From Phycisphaerae bacterium (GTDB lineage Bacteria > Planctomycetota > Phycisphaerae > JAAYCJ01): a stretch of 27,731 nt of DNA. Positions 9,265 through 17,618 of the stretch are shown one piece after another. The notes beneath the pieces are model-generated. The model searched no databases, had not been told where the DNA came from, and saw only the letters and a program-made list of their open reading frames with translations. The number at the start of each line of letters is the position of its first letter. Position 1 is the stretch's first letter. The DNA lies in the NCBI GenBank assembly GCA_015486815.1, contig WFQY01000529.1:1-27731 (forward strand). Direction: 5' to 3'. The position numbers and the translations under genes were made by a program.

Positions 9265-9837
9265 TCAAACAACGTCTCGAACTATTTGATTGACTCGGAC
9301 GCAGAAGTTTTCGTTCAGAACTAACACTTCACCACGTGCGACAAGTTTTTCGTTAACGTAAATATCGACGGGGTCGCCTGCTAATTTATCGAGCTCGACT
9401 ACCGAGCCTTCCGTAATACGCAGGACATCCTCGACATACATCTTTGTTCTGCCAAGCTCGATTTTCACGTTAAGCTCGACATCTTTGAGCAGATCAATAG
9501 CATTTTCATCTTCGTCGTCTTTAGAAGCTGACGGAGTTTGTTCCGTTGTCATATCCTCAAGCTCAACCGCTGACGCTGTCTCTGTGCTACCGATAGCTTC
9601 CTGCATCGGTTCTGTCGTCTGTTCCGCTTCGCTCTGTTGGTCTAACTGTTGTTGACTTTCGTCAGCATCAGTTGCTCCAGCTGATTGCTCAGCTGTAACC
9701 TCAGTCTGATTCTCCTCTGTAATTTCAGCCTGATTTTTCTCTGTAACCTCAGATTGATTTTCCTCATCGGAATTTTGTTCCGTAACAGTCTGCTCGACAG
9801 ATTGCTCTTCCACAGCTTGCGATTGTTCTTCAGCCAT
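9265..9837 (-). CDS. fliN: C-ring switch protein FliN with ~110-aa acidic low-complexity N-terminal extension
   Basis: C-terminal SpoA domain [63 protein letters not shown]. Confidence 0.95.
   Translation of the reverse strand: MAEEQSQAVEEQSVEQTVTEQNSDEENQSEVTEKNQAEITEENQTEVTAEQSAGATDADESQQQLDQQSEAEQTTEPMQEAIGSTETASAVELEDMTTEQTPSASKDDEDENAIDLLKDVELNVKIELGRTKMYVEDVLRITEGSVVELDKLAGDPVDIYVNEKLVARGEVLVLNENFCVRVNQIVRDVV
9694..9765. repeat. Three in-frame 24-bp tandem repeats in fliN encoding E(E/K)NQ(S/A/T)E(V/I)T
   Basis: tgtaacctcagtctgattctcctc / tgtaatttcagcctgatttttctc / tgtaacctcagattgattttcctc. Confidence 0.92.
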
Positions 9838-9863
9838 TGTTTAAACCTCTTATCAAAAGCCAA

Positions 9864-10469
9864 CTAATCCATAGGTCTGGGCATATAATCGGAAATCAAT
9901 ACGTTCCGGACGATACCCTTACCAAGCACATCATCCAAAATCGCTTTGAATTGCCTTCTTAATGTTGTCAGACCATAATCCGGTTTCTCCGAACGCGCAA
10001 GACATAATGTCCCCGTATCAGCACTTGCAATTACGGTTCTCATCCTGTCTTTTATCGTAGCGATATTTTCCTGTATCAGCTTCTTTATGTCCTGCTGGTC
10101 GGAAGAATCTTCCGAACTGTGTTCGCCATTGGAAGACTCTTCTTTTATCATACTCTTAGGTACGGTCGCATACACAGTCATCGAAATCACATACAATCTT
10201 CCGGTATTTGTATGCGGACACTCGAGCTTTGCTACGAGTACCTCAGCGGTTGCTTCTTTGGAATGATCTACCAGTGCCTCGCTTTGCTCCTGCTGAAGCT
10301 CCTGTGCAACAGTTTCAGCGGGTTCTTTTCCCACGAGCTTGACCGCAACAAATATACCCACCGCTTCCAACAAGAGCACACCGGCAGCAGCACCGGCTAT
10401 CATTATCATCTTGTTAGGCTTCTTCGCTCCTGCTTCCGGAATACTTTCTTCCTGCATTTCTTCTGCCAT
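9864..10469 (-). CDS. fliL: Flagellar basal body-associated protein FliL (divergent)
   Basis: Short acidic N-tail, KK, then a single TM; periplasmic domain with IATIKDRMRTVIAS..LRRQFKAILDDVLGKGIVRNVLISDY; directly upstream of fliN; SD GAGGG. Confidence 0.82.
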   Translation of the reverse strand: MAEEMQEESIPEAGAKKPNKMIMIAGAAAGVLLLEAVGIFVAVKLVGKEPAETVAQELQQEQSEALVDHSKEATAEVLVAKLECPHTNTGRLYVISMTVYATVPKSMIKEESSNGEHSSEDSSDQQDIKKLIQENIATIKDRMRTVIASADTGTLCLARSEKPDYGLTTLRRQFKAILDDVLGKGIVRNVLISDYMPRPMD

Positions 10470-10487
10470 TGTTCCACCCTCACAAAA

Positions 10488-10682
10488 TTATCCTGAAAAA
10501 TTTGTCCTTATGCTGCGATTGTATTCTATCGCACGTCTGACTACTTCCTCCATCGGTTCCTTGACAATAAGTCTATCGCCGCTGATAAGAGTAATCAAAG
10601 TATCAGGTGTCTGCTCGATAAACCTTATCAGCTCGGCATTAACTATTATTTCCTGATTGTTCAATTTCGTTACTTTAATCAT
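10488..10682 (-). CDS. flbD: Flagellar FlbD/SwrD family protein
   Basis: MIKVTKLNNQEIIVNAELIRFIEQTPDTLITLISGDRLIVKEPMEEV family pattern; follows flgE. Confidence 0.93.
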   Translation of the reverse strand: MIKVTKLNNQEIIVNAELIRFIEQTPDTLITLISGDRLIVKEPMEEVVRRAIEYNRSIRTNFSG

Positions 10683-10699
10683 ACGCCCTTATAACAATA

Positions 10700-10728
10700 T
10701 TATCGGCTGCCTTATCAAAGCACTTTTA
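10700..10728 (-). promoter_or_regulatory. Putative sigma-28 (FliA) promoter upstream of flbD
   Basis: Minus strand TAAAAGTGCTTTGATAAGGCAGCCGATAA: perfect -10 GCCGATAA, with TAAA 17 nt upstream (AAAA at 16); in the flgE-flbD spacer, 17 nt before the flbD ATG. Confidence 0.65.
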
Positions 10729-12417
10729 CTAACGTGAAAGATTGAGTAGCTCCGATAAAAGTTGCTGTGATGTATTTATTACACGCCCAGCCATACTGAA
10801 AGCAGTCGTTGCACTTACCATATTTATAAATTCTTTTGTCATATCAACGTTGCTCAATTCAAGTGCGCCACCCATAAGTAGTCCTGCTCCGAGCGAGCCA
10901 GGAGTAGATACGGTAGGCTCACCAGAATTAGGACCGGGGACATAAGTATTATTGCCCTTGTCAATTAATCCTTCCGGATTAGAAAACGTAGCAAGGACGA
11001 TTTGACCAAGCGTACGTTTCAATCCGTTGGTAAACACTCCGCTTATCGTACCATCATCGGCAATAGCAAAATCATTTAGCGTGCCCGCTGGAAATCCGTC
11101 TTGGTTCGATAACCGGACGACACTTTCCTGATTAACCCCTGTCAAGCCTGAAAAATCCATAGTGAATCTGATAGGATCGACCGCACCGGTATCAGCTCTG
11201 TTTATCGAGACGGTAGTGCCCGTCGATTCGATAAGGTTTCCGGAACTTCCGAACTTTAGCGTCCCTGTTCCTATGACAGTAGAAGCATCACTATCATCTG
11301 CGGAATTGACGAAAAATCGCCACGTATTACCGGAGGTACTCTTATCTTCGAGTACGAAAGTCATATCGACGTTAACCGCATTTCCAAGTGAATCGTAAAC
11401 CTGATAGCTGGTATATGTACTCGTACCATCGCCTGATGTTTCCGTCCATCCCATCGGTGTAGGAACCGAGCCCGAACTGGTAAGGTTGACCTTTATATCA
11501 TTGTCGGTACCGAGATTCGAGACAACTTGGATCGCACCGTTAGCATCAATAGTAACTCCCGGCGGTGGTGTTTGCGTAACCGATGTATTGATTCCGAGAT
11601 GAGCTTCGAGCCATTCCGTAAGCTCTCCTACGGTAGCACCGGAATCCACATCGGAAGTAGCGGACGATGTAACGGTAAACTTGGCGGGTTCAAGCGAGCG
11701 ACCACCCTTTTCCGCATCGAGAGTAATGACATCACCGGCAGCAAACAAATTCGTACCCGGACTGGCAGCTGTCGCTAAATTCGTAAGCGCCGTGCCGGAA
11801 GTAGCAGCTGTTCCCGAAGTAGCATCGACAAGTTGTTCGGAGCTGGCTGTGCTTGGTGTCGTTGCTACCGTACCGGAGGCATCCAAATTGCCTGCGAATG
11901 TCGTAGATGTAGTCGCTTGTGTTACGGTTACTCTTCCCATCGGTATAGTAAGAGGGCTAAGAGTTCCCGTAAGCAGACCAAAATTATCATCAACGGCATA
12001 ACCAAGCACGAGATCGCCGTTGGAGCTGACGAGCCTTTGATTGGAATCGACACTGAAACCACCGTCGCGAGAATATACCTTGCTTCCCTCCGAATTTTGC
12101 ATAATGAAAAATCCGTTTCCCTCGATTGCGACATCGGTTTTCAAACCCGTAGTTTCGATCGAGCCGGAAGAAAAGTCCTTCTGAATTGCTCCGGTATTTA
12201 CGCCCAATCCGATCTGCACCGGATTGCTTCCTCCGCTATTGCTTCCCGGAGGAGTACCAAACGAAAGTGTTTGACTTAGCTGAGTCTGAAACAATGCACG
12301 CGAATGTTTGTATCCTACTGTATTTACGTTTGAGATATTATTACCAGCTACATCAAGTAGCGATTGTGATGCATTAAGACCCGAAAGTGCTGTGTATAAT
12401 GTCGATGTAATACCCAT
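10729..12417 (-). CDS. flgE: Flagellar hook protein FlgE (long form)
   Basis: TALSGL..GNNISNVNTVGYK, TTG..TDVAIEGNGFF, YSRDG.F, AGNLD, VYDSLG, GALELSNVD; 562 aa; SD GAGGAG. Confidence 0.97.
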   Translation of the reverse strand: MGITSTLYTALSGLNASQSLLDVAGNNISNVNTVGYKHSRALFQTQLSQTLSFGTPPGSNSGGSNPVQIGLGVNTGAIQKDFSSGSIETTGLKTDVAIEGNGFFIMQNSEGSKVYSRDGGFSVDSNQRLVSSNGDLVLGYAVDDNFGLLTGTLSPLTIPMGRVTVTQATTSTTFAGNLDASGTVATTPSTASSEQLVDATSGTAATSGTALTNLATAASPGTNLFAAGDVITLDAEKGGRSLEPAKFTVTSSATSDVDSGATVGELTEWLEAHLGINTSVTQTPPPGVTIDANGAIQVVSNLGTDNDIKVNLTSSGSVPTPMGWTETSGDGTSTYTSYQVYDSLGNAVNVDMTFVLEDKSTSGNTWRFFVNSADDSDASTVIGTGTLKFGSSGNLIESTGTTVSINRADTGAVDPIRFTMDFSGLTGVNQESVVRLSNQDGFPAGTLNDFAIADDGTISGVFTNGLKRTLGQIVLATFSNPEGLIDKGNNTYVPGPNSGEPTVSTPGSLGAGLLMGGALELSNVDMTKEFINMVSATTAFSMAGRVINTSQQLLSELLNLSR

Positions 12418-12454
12418 AATTGCATCTCCTCTTTAAACTGAGTAGTGTATATGC

Positions 12455-12901
12455 TTAACTATTCGAATTTGTTTGTGGCTCCGATTCATTTTTGTTAAAT
12501 ACCTGAAGGACATTGTCGATGGAGAGGCGTTGTCCGCTATCCAGTTCGATGTATATATTATTACCTTCGCGTTTGACAGCGGTAACCAGTCCGCTGACTT
12601 CATCTCCATCTTCTGAGCGTCCCAATATCATTTTACCGAGTAGAGTACTGGCAGCTGAGAGCTTTTGATTCAACGACAAGTCCTTAAGAGTGTGAATCAG
12701 CTCCATACTGCTCTGAATATTGCTTACCTGTCCTATCTGATTGATTAAATCCTTACTCGATGTCGGTGCAAACGGGTCTTGCTGTTGAAGCTCCTTGACC
12801 ATTATCGAGAGAAAATCTTCCGCTTTCATCCCGTTTAAACCTTTTATCTGATGAGAACCGTTAGTTCCGCCAGTCGTTGAATTATTCACACCTGTAATCA
12901 T
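12455..12901 (-). CDS. flgD: Hook capping protein FlgD
   Basis: EDFLSIMVKELQQQDPFAP....LINQIGQVSNIQ; lies between fliK and flgE. Confidence 0.95.
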   Translation of the reverse strand: MITGVNNSTTGGTNGSHQIKGLNGMKAEDFLSIMVKELQQQDPFAPTSSKDLINQIGQVSNIQSSMELIHTLKDLSLNQKLSAASTLLGKMILGRSEDGDEVSGLVTAVKREGNNIYIELDSGQRLSIDNVLQVFNKNESEPQTNSNS

Positions 12902-12951
12902 TTTTTATCTCCAATCAAAAATTTATGCTTATACTCTTGCAAAATGCAAAT

Positions 12952-14313
12952 TTATGCTACCATATTAGCTATATCTTCAATTTGTTCTTCCGTATCGGTA
13001 TTCGACCTATCGGGTTGTTCTTCTCGTTCTTGTTCGTGGTGATAATTTTCGCTGAAACTCTCGCCATTATTGCCATTATGTTCCTGCTCGTAATATTGGT
13101 TGAAAGATTGGTTAAGATTGTTTGTATGTTGGCGAGTGGCAATATCAAATCGAACGATATTTATATTTTGTCGCTCGAGAGCAGTTCTTAGCGTATCAAG
13201 CCTATCGGCAAGAATATGCCTTGCTTGTATGGTTTCGGTAACAATATTAACTCGCAAATTGCTATCGACGAGCTTTATATCAATCCGCATTCTTCCGAGA
13301 TCAGGCGGATTGAGATGAACGGTAAGTCTGCTCTGGCGAAGCCCGACATTACTGCGAATTATATTCAAAGCACGATTCAATGTTTCCGGAATATTATCGT
13401 GGTCGAGAACAATTGACGCTGATTGGGAATTAGCTGATGACGCCGACAGTGACGATGATGACGGAGATGCTGATTTCACGTTTATACCACCATCGTTTAC
13501 AATCGGCGAGTTATCAGATTTGACACTACTCTGCTTAGCCTGCAATTTATCAAATTCATCGGTAATCAATCGGACAAAGTGCTCCGCTAAGCCAGTCTCG
13601 AAAACAATTTTTTGCATCGGCAGATGAGAATTCGCAGGCATAAGATTGTTTGGCCTATCGATGATTTTGGCACCTAATTTTATGCTCTGCTTCGGATTGT
13701 CAGTATTACTGTCAGCATTAATCTGCTTTGCAATTTGCTCAATCATCTGAGTAAATTTGCTCAATTCGGATTCTATTTTACTATCGCCAATGGTTTTACT
13801 TTCCTTTTCCGTTTTTCCTTTTTGGTCAGCGACAGTAATTTTTTCCGTTTTAGCTGTTTTTTGCAATTTCGATAAATCAGCGTTGACGGCAGCCTCCGTG
13901 CTCGCTCCGGGTCGAAATCCCTTTACACAACCGTCAACGCAATCCGCCTTTGAATCCAAACCATCCTGCCCGGAGTCAGGTTTTTGGGTGGTTTGGTCCT
14001 GGCGAGATGTTTCACTCTTATCGGCAACCTTATCTTCAGATTCCGATATATTATACGATACATTAGTAATATTATTATCGTCGTCATTGCTTACAGGATT
14101 ATCTTCCTTTACGGACAGCGATTTATCCGTAGATTTATTCTGTCCGTCAACGGAATGGTGCTCGATTGGTTTTTCGGTTTGTTGCTGCTGATTTGCTTGC
14201 AAATAACCCATAAAATCCTGCTCATTCGAATCGATTTTTTTCTTCGATTCGATTTTTTCGGACGACTGATTGCTCGCCTGACTAATTGTCTGAACCACTT
14301 GCAGTTGCATCAT
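12952..14313 (-). CDS. fliK: Hook-length control protein FliK
   Basis: Long S/D/K/Q-rich disordered N-terminus; C-terminal RLTVHLNPPDLGRMRIDIK...LRTALERQNI; canonical position before flgD. Confidence 0.92.
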   Translation of the reverse strand: MMQLQVVQTISQASNQSSEKIESKKKIDSNEQDFMGYLQANQQQQTEKPIEHHSVDGQNKSTDKSLSVKEDNPVSNDDDNNITNVSYNISESEDKVADKSETSRQDQTTQKPDSGQDGLDSKADCVDGCVKGFRPGASTEAAVNADLSKLQKTAKTEKITVADQKGKTEKESKTIGDSKIESELSKFTQMIEQIAKQINADSNTDNPKQSIKLGAKIIDRPNNLMPANSHLPMQKIVFETGLAEHFVRLITDEFDKLQAKQSSVKSDNSPIVNDGGINVKSASPSSSSLSASSANSQSASIVLDHDNIPETLNRALNIIRSNVGLRQSRLTVHLNPPDLGRMRIDIKLVDSNLRVNIVTETIQARHILADRLDTLRTALERQNINIVRFDIATRQHTNNLNQSFNQYYEQEHNGNNGESFSENYHHEQEREEQPDRSNTDTEEQIEDIANMVA

Positions 14314-14318
14314 CGTAT

Positions 14319-14972
14319 TTAACCCTTCACCTGTTTGGTCTCAGCTCCCAACAGTATTTTTTGTGTACGAATCTTTTCAAGTATCTCCTGACGTCTTTTT
14401 TGTTCCTCGGAGGTCTTGAATTCCTTCAAAATCTTAGCAGCTATCCTCTTAGGCATATTCATAAGGTATGCGACAACCACATTGATATCGAGTTTCATAA
14501 AATCTTCTTTTGCCAATTTGGGAGGCATCTGAGAATACAGTGCGAGCGCCTTATCAAAGCCCTCGTCCTTACTCGCCTTACGAAACATTTCCACCTGCTT
14601 ATAAAATTCTTTCTGCTTTTGCAAAAACGCTTCCCTGTCTTTAAGCAGTTTGAATTCAGCATCTTTCACTCTGCTGAATCTGTCTTCTATCAATCTTTTT
14701 TCTCTGTCAAGCAATGCCTGTTGAATTTCGAGCGATGCGAGTGAAAATGGTTTTGCCTTTTGTGTCGATGCCACTTTTTGTGATGGTTGAGTCGCAGGCT
14801 GAGTTGATGCTTGACTGGCGGGTATAAGATTTTCTCCGCGCAAAATAGCTGCTATCTTATCCGCACTGTCAGCGTTAAGCTTACCCGAAGCGATAAGATA
14901 TCCTACCAATCCGCTTATTATCAAAAGATTGGCTATCGCTATCAAAGCTATCAGATTGAACAGGGCTTTCAT
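14319..14972 (-). CDS. MgtE_N-like flagellar membrane protein (YlxF/MotE/FlbB type)
   Basis: N-terminal TM, coiled coil, then ALALYSQMPPKLAKEDF..LDINVVVAYLMNMPKRIAAKIL helical repeat; occupies the fliJ-fliK slot of B. subtilis ylxF and spirochete flbB; ATGA overlap with fliJ. Confidence 0.8.
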   Translation of the reverse strand: MKALFNLIALIAIANLLIISGLVGYLIASGKLNADSADKIAAILRGENLIPASQASTQPATQPSQKVASTQKAKPFSLASLEIQQALLDREKRLIEDRFSRVKDAEFKLLKDREAFLQKQKEFYKQVEMFRKASKDEGFDKALALYSQMPPKLAKEDFMKLDINVVVAYLMNMPKRIAAKILKEFKTSEEQKRRQEILEKIRTQKILLGAETKQVKG

Positions 14973-15436
14973 TGCTGAAATTTCTCCTGCTGAATTTTTG
15001 CAGCAATCCTCGCATTGACAAGGTCGTCAACCTGCTTTACTTCCTGCTTATTTTGCTCAGCTATGTATTTACCATACAAATGCTCTTTAAGTTTCTTCAT
15101 TATGTCAGTCTGCTTTTTAGCTTGTGCAAGTCTGTTTCTCGCCTGCTTGACTCGCTCACTTACGCTGCCTATCATCTGTTGCTGATTTAATCTGAGTGAG
15201 TGCAAATGATTCAAATATTTTCTGTCAGCTATTACCGATTCTATTTCTATCTGTCCCGATGAATGTTGAGAGCGTATCTGCTGATAATGCAAATCAAGCT
15301 GACGTTCGAGATTTTCAAGCTGACTTTGGTGTCGTAAAAGCTCAGCAAGTACTTTTGCAAGCTCACGCTCGGAAAGTTCCTGTTTGAGCTTTCTCATCTT
15401 CAACAACGGTTCCATTCTGAATTTAAAGCCAGCCAT
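14969..15436 (-). CDS. fliJ: Flagellar export protein FliJ
   Basis: FKFRMEPLLKMRK N-terminus, coiled coil, MKKLKEH....EQ.KQEVKQVDD; follows fliI; SD GAGGAG. Confidence 0.92.
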   Translation of the reverse strand: MAGFKFRMEPLLKMRKLKQELSERELAKVLAELLRHQSQLENLERQLDLHYQQIRSQHSSGQIEIESVIADRKYLNHLHSLRLNQQQMIGSVSERVKQARNRLAQAKKQTDIMKKLKEHLYGKYIAEQNKQEVKQVDDLVNARIAAKIQQEKFQQ

Positions 15437-15451
15437 CTATCTCCTCTGAAA

Positions 15452-16819
15452 CTACGCCACTTGTGAAACTCTGTTTCCGTTCTGTTTACTAATATTCGAC
15501 TGCTCATTTTCTATCATATCCGCCAGTTTAATAAGCATCCGACGAGCATCATCCGCATTGGAATATTCCTTCATCCCCTGCTGAAGAAATTTCTCTATCG
15601 CAGGATACATCTTTATCGCAATGTCAACCTCCGGATTGCTGCCCGGAACATACGCACCGATGTTTATCATATCTTCCATCTCGGTGTAGATTGTTATCAT
15701 CCGCTTAAGTCTAAGGGCAGCTTGCAGATGCTGTTCATCTACAATATCGGGCATCGTTCTGCTTATGCTCTCAAGAATGGATATCGCAGGATAATGCCCC
15801 TTATTCGCCAAACTACGTGCTAACCAAAGATGGCCATCCAATATTCCTCGTACCGCATCGCTTATAGGCTCGGTAATATCATCACCCTCTACCAACACGG
15901 TATAAAATCCTGTAATCGAACCGTTATACGATTGACCAGCACGTTCGAGTAATTTCGGCAGCAGAGAAAATACGCTTGGTGTATATCCCTTGGTCGCTGG
16001 TGGTTCGCCAGCTGCCAATCCTATCTGTCTCTGTGCCATCGCCAATCGCGTTAGTGAATCAATCAAAAGCAAAACATCTTTATCTTCATCTCTGAAATAT
16101 TCCGCGATACTAATAGCACTGAGTGTAGCTCTAATACGCAAAACGGGAGACTGATCGGACGTGCTGACAACAACTACCGAACGCTTTCTTCCCTGCTCTC
16201 CCAGATCACGCTCGATAAAATCACGCACCTCTCTGCCTCGCTCTCCGACCAGACCTATGACGATAACATCAGCGGAGCTATACCTCGCTATCATTCCGAG
16301 CAAAATACTTTTGCCAACGCCCGGGCCTGCGAATATTCCCATTCGTTGACCTTTACCTACGGTAAGCAGACTATCTATCGCACGAATACCCGTTCCGATA
16401 GGTTCGGTAACGCGTTTACGCCTGATAGCATCGGGTGCGGAATTTTCAAGCGGATAATATTGAGCAGTCAGTAATGGCCTGTCAAAATCCATCGGCTCAC
16501 CGAAACCGTTTATTACCCGTCCGAGTAGCTGATCACCCACGGGTATCTGTTGAGATACGGAGATACACTCGATCTTATCACCGGGAGCAACACCACTGAG
16601 TTCACCATATGGCATAACTATCGCCTTGCCGGACTGAAACCCAACGACCTCAGCTTCGAGCGGTTCCGCCAATCGTCTGCGTATAGCACATCTGCTACCG
16701 ACTGGTACGGGAAAACCGTCAGCTGTTATCACAAGGCCTGAAACCCCGACAACCGTACCCGTGATTCCCATCGAGCTTATCGAGTTAAGCATTTCAAATT
16801 GTCGTTTGAACGCTGACAT
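15452..16819 (-). CDS. fliI: Flagellar export ATPase FliI
   Basis: Walker A FAGPGVGKS, GLVGERGREVRDF, Walker B LLLIDSLTR, GEPPATKGY, ILDGH, YPAI. Start placed at ATG 16819 just after the fliH stop; the ORF call at 16846 overlaps fliH. Confidence 0.97.
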   Translation of the reverse strand: MSAFKRQFEMLNSISSMGITGTVVGVSGLVITADGFPVPVGSRCAIRRRLAEPLEAEVVGFQSGKAIVMPYGELSGVAPGDKIECISVSQQIPVGDQLLGRVINGFGEPMDFDRPLLTAQYYPLENSAPDAIRRKRVTEPIGTGIRAIDSLLTVGKGQRMGIFAGPGVGKSILLGMIARYSSADVIVIGLVGERGREVRDFIERDLGEQGRKRSVVVVSTSDQSPVLRIRATLSAISIAEYFRDEDKDVLLLIDSLTRLAMAQRQIGLAAGEPPATKGYTPSVFSLLPKLLERAGQSYNGSITGFYTVLVEGDDITEPISDAVRGILDGHLWLARSLANKGHYPAISILESISRTMPDIVDEQHLQAALRLKRMITIYTEMEDMINIGAYVPGSNPEVDIAIKMYPAIEKFLQQGMKEYSNADDARRMLIKLADMIENEQSNISKQNGNRVSQVA

Positions 16820-16820
16820 A

Positions 16821-17618
16821 TTAACCGACCTGTACCTCACTTTCATTATTGCTCCAGTTCTCGATACTCTCTTTCATATCCGGAGCAAGCTGATCTACAA
16901 TTTTCTCTATCTGCGTCGAAATCTGCGTATCTATATTTCCCGAGTTCGTAGCTATCACGCAGCCGCCAGGCTCGACCGTATCATCACTATGAATATTTAT
17001 ATGAGTCAAACCGGTCAACTTCTCCGCCTGCGACGGTGCGAGCAGATTAAGCCTCTCTATATCCTGCGGATTCATCCTCACCACAACCGAAGATTTATCC
17101 GCTATAAGCTCAATAGCTGATTTGAGATTTTCCATCGCTATATTCGAATCTATTTGCACCTGCTTATGGATAATCTTCGAAGCGATTGCGATAGCAAGAG
17201 CTATAAGCTGCTGATGAGCCTCCGCAAGCAAATATTCCCTTTCGCCTTGAAATGTATCTATCAGCACATTCAAATTCTGTAGCAGTGTACTACTCTGTCG
17301 TGCAAATTCTTCGCGTGCCTGCTGAAGTGCCTGCTTTCTACCTTCTTCACTCCCAGCGTTTAATCCCTCTTTATAACCTTGTTCGAATCCCTGTTTTTGA
17401 GCTTGTTCTTTTAACCGCTCAGCTTCGATTATCGCTTGCTGTTTAATCGTCTCCGCCTGCCTTCTGGCATCGTCAAGCTCATCGCACGCACGCTTGATTA
17501 TCTCCGAAGCCTCCGCGCGTATGTCAGCGAGATTAAATCGACAGGACTTTGCCTGCTGAGCGGTAATCACATTTCCCTTCAAAATTTCTCCCAACTTCGA
17601 AACCCTTCCGTTAAACAA
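16821..17618 (-). CDS. fliH: Flagellar assembly protein FliH
   Basis: TTG start with GGAG; GxxxG repeats GFEQGYKEGLNAGSEEG; VRMNPQD, VEPGGCVI. Confidence 0.93.
   Translation of the reverse strand: MFNGRVSKLGEILKGNVITAQQAKSCRFNLADIRAEASEIIKRACDELDDARRQAETIKQQAIIEAERLKEQAQKQGFEQGYKEGLNAGSEEGRKQALQQAREEFARQSSTLLQNLNVLIDTFQGEREYLLAEAHQQLIALAIAIASKIIHKQVQIDSNIAMENLKSAIELIADKSSVVVRMNPQDIERLNLLAPSQAEKLTGLTHINIHSDDTVEPGGCVIATNSGNIDTQISTQIEKIVDQLAPDMKESIENWSNNESEVQVG

Noticed and set aside
9261-9270. TTACTCAAAC at the fliN stop matches the left end of the MITE
   Set aside because: Short, partly constrained by coding (Val-stop), with no partner repeat; chance is sufficient
11890-11919. Spirochete-type lysinoalanine cross-link site in FlgE
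   Set aside because: The equivalent motif reads TQATT...FAGNLD: Q and G replace the required Lys and Cys, and this FlgE has no Cys
14017-14024. Second perfect sigma28 -10 (GCCGATAA on the minus strand)
   Set aside because: Inside fliK coding sequence, no -35, and about 1.1 kb from the next gene start
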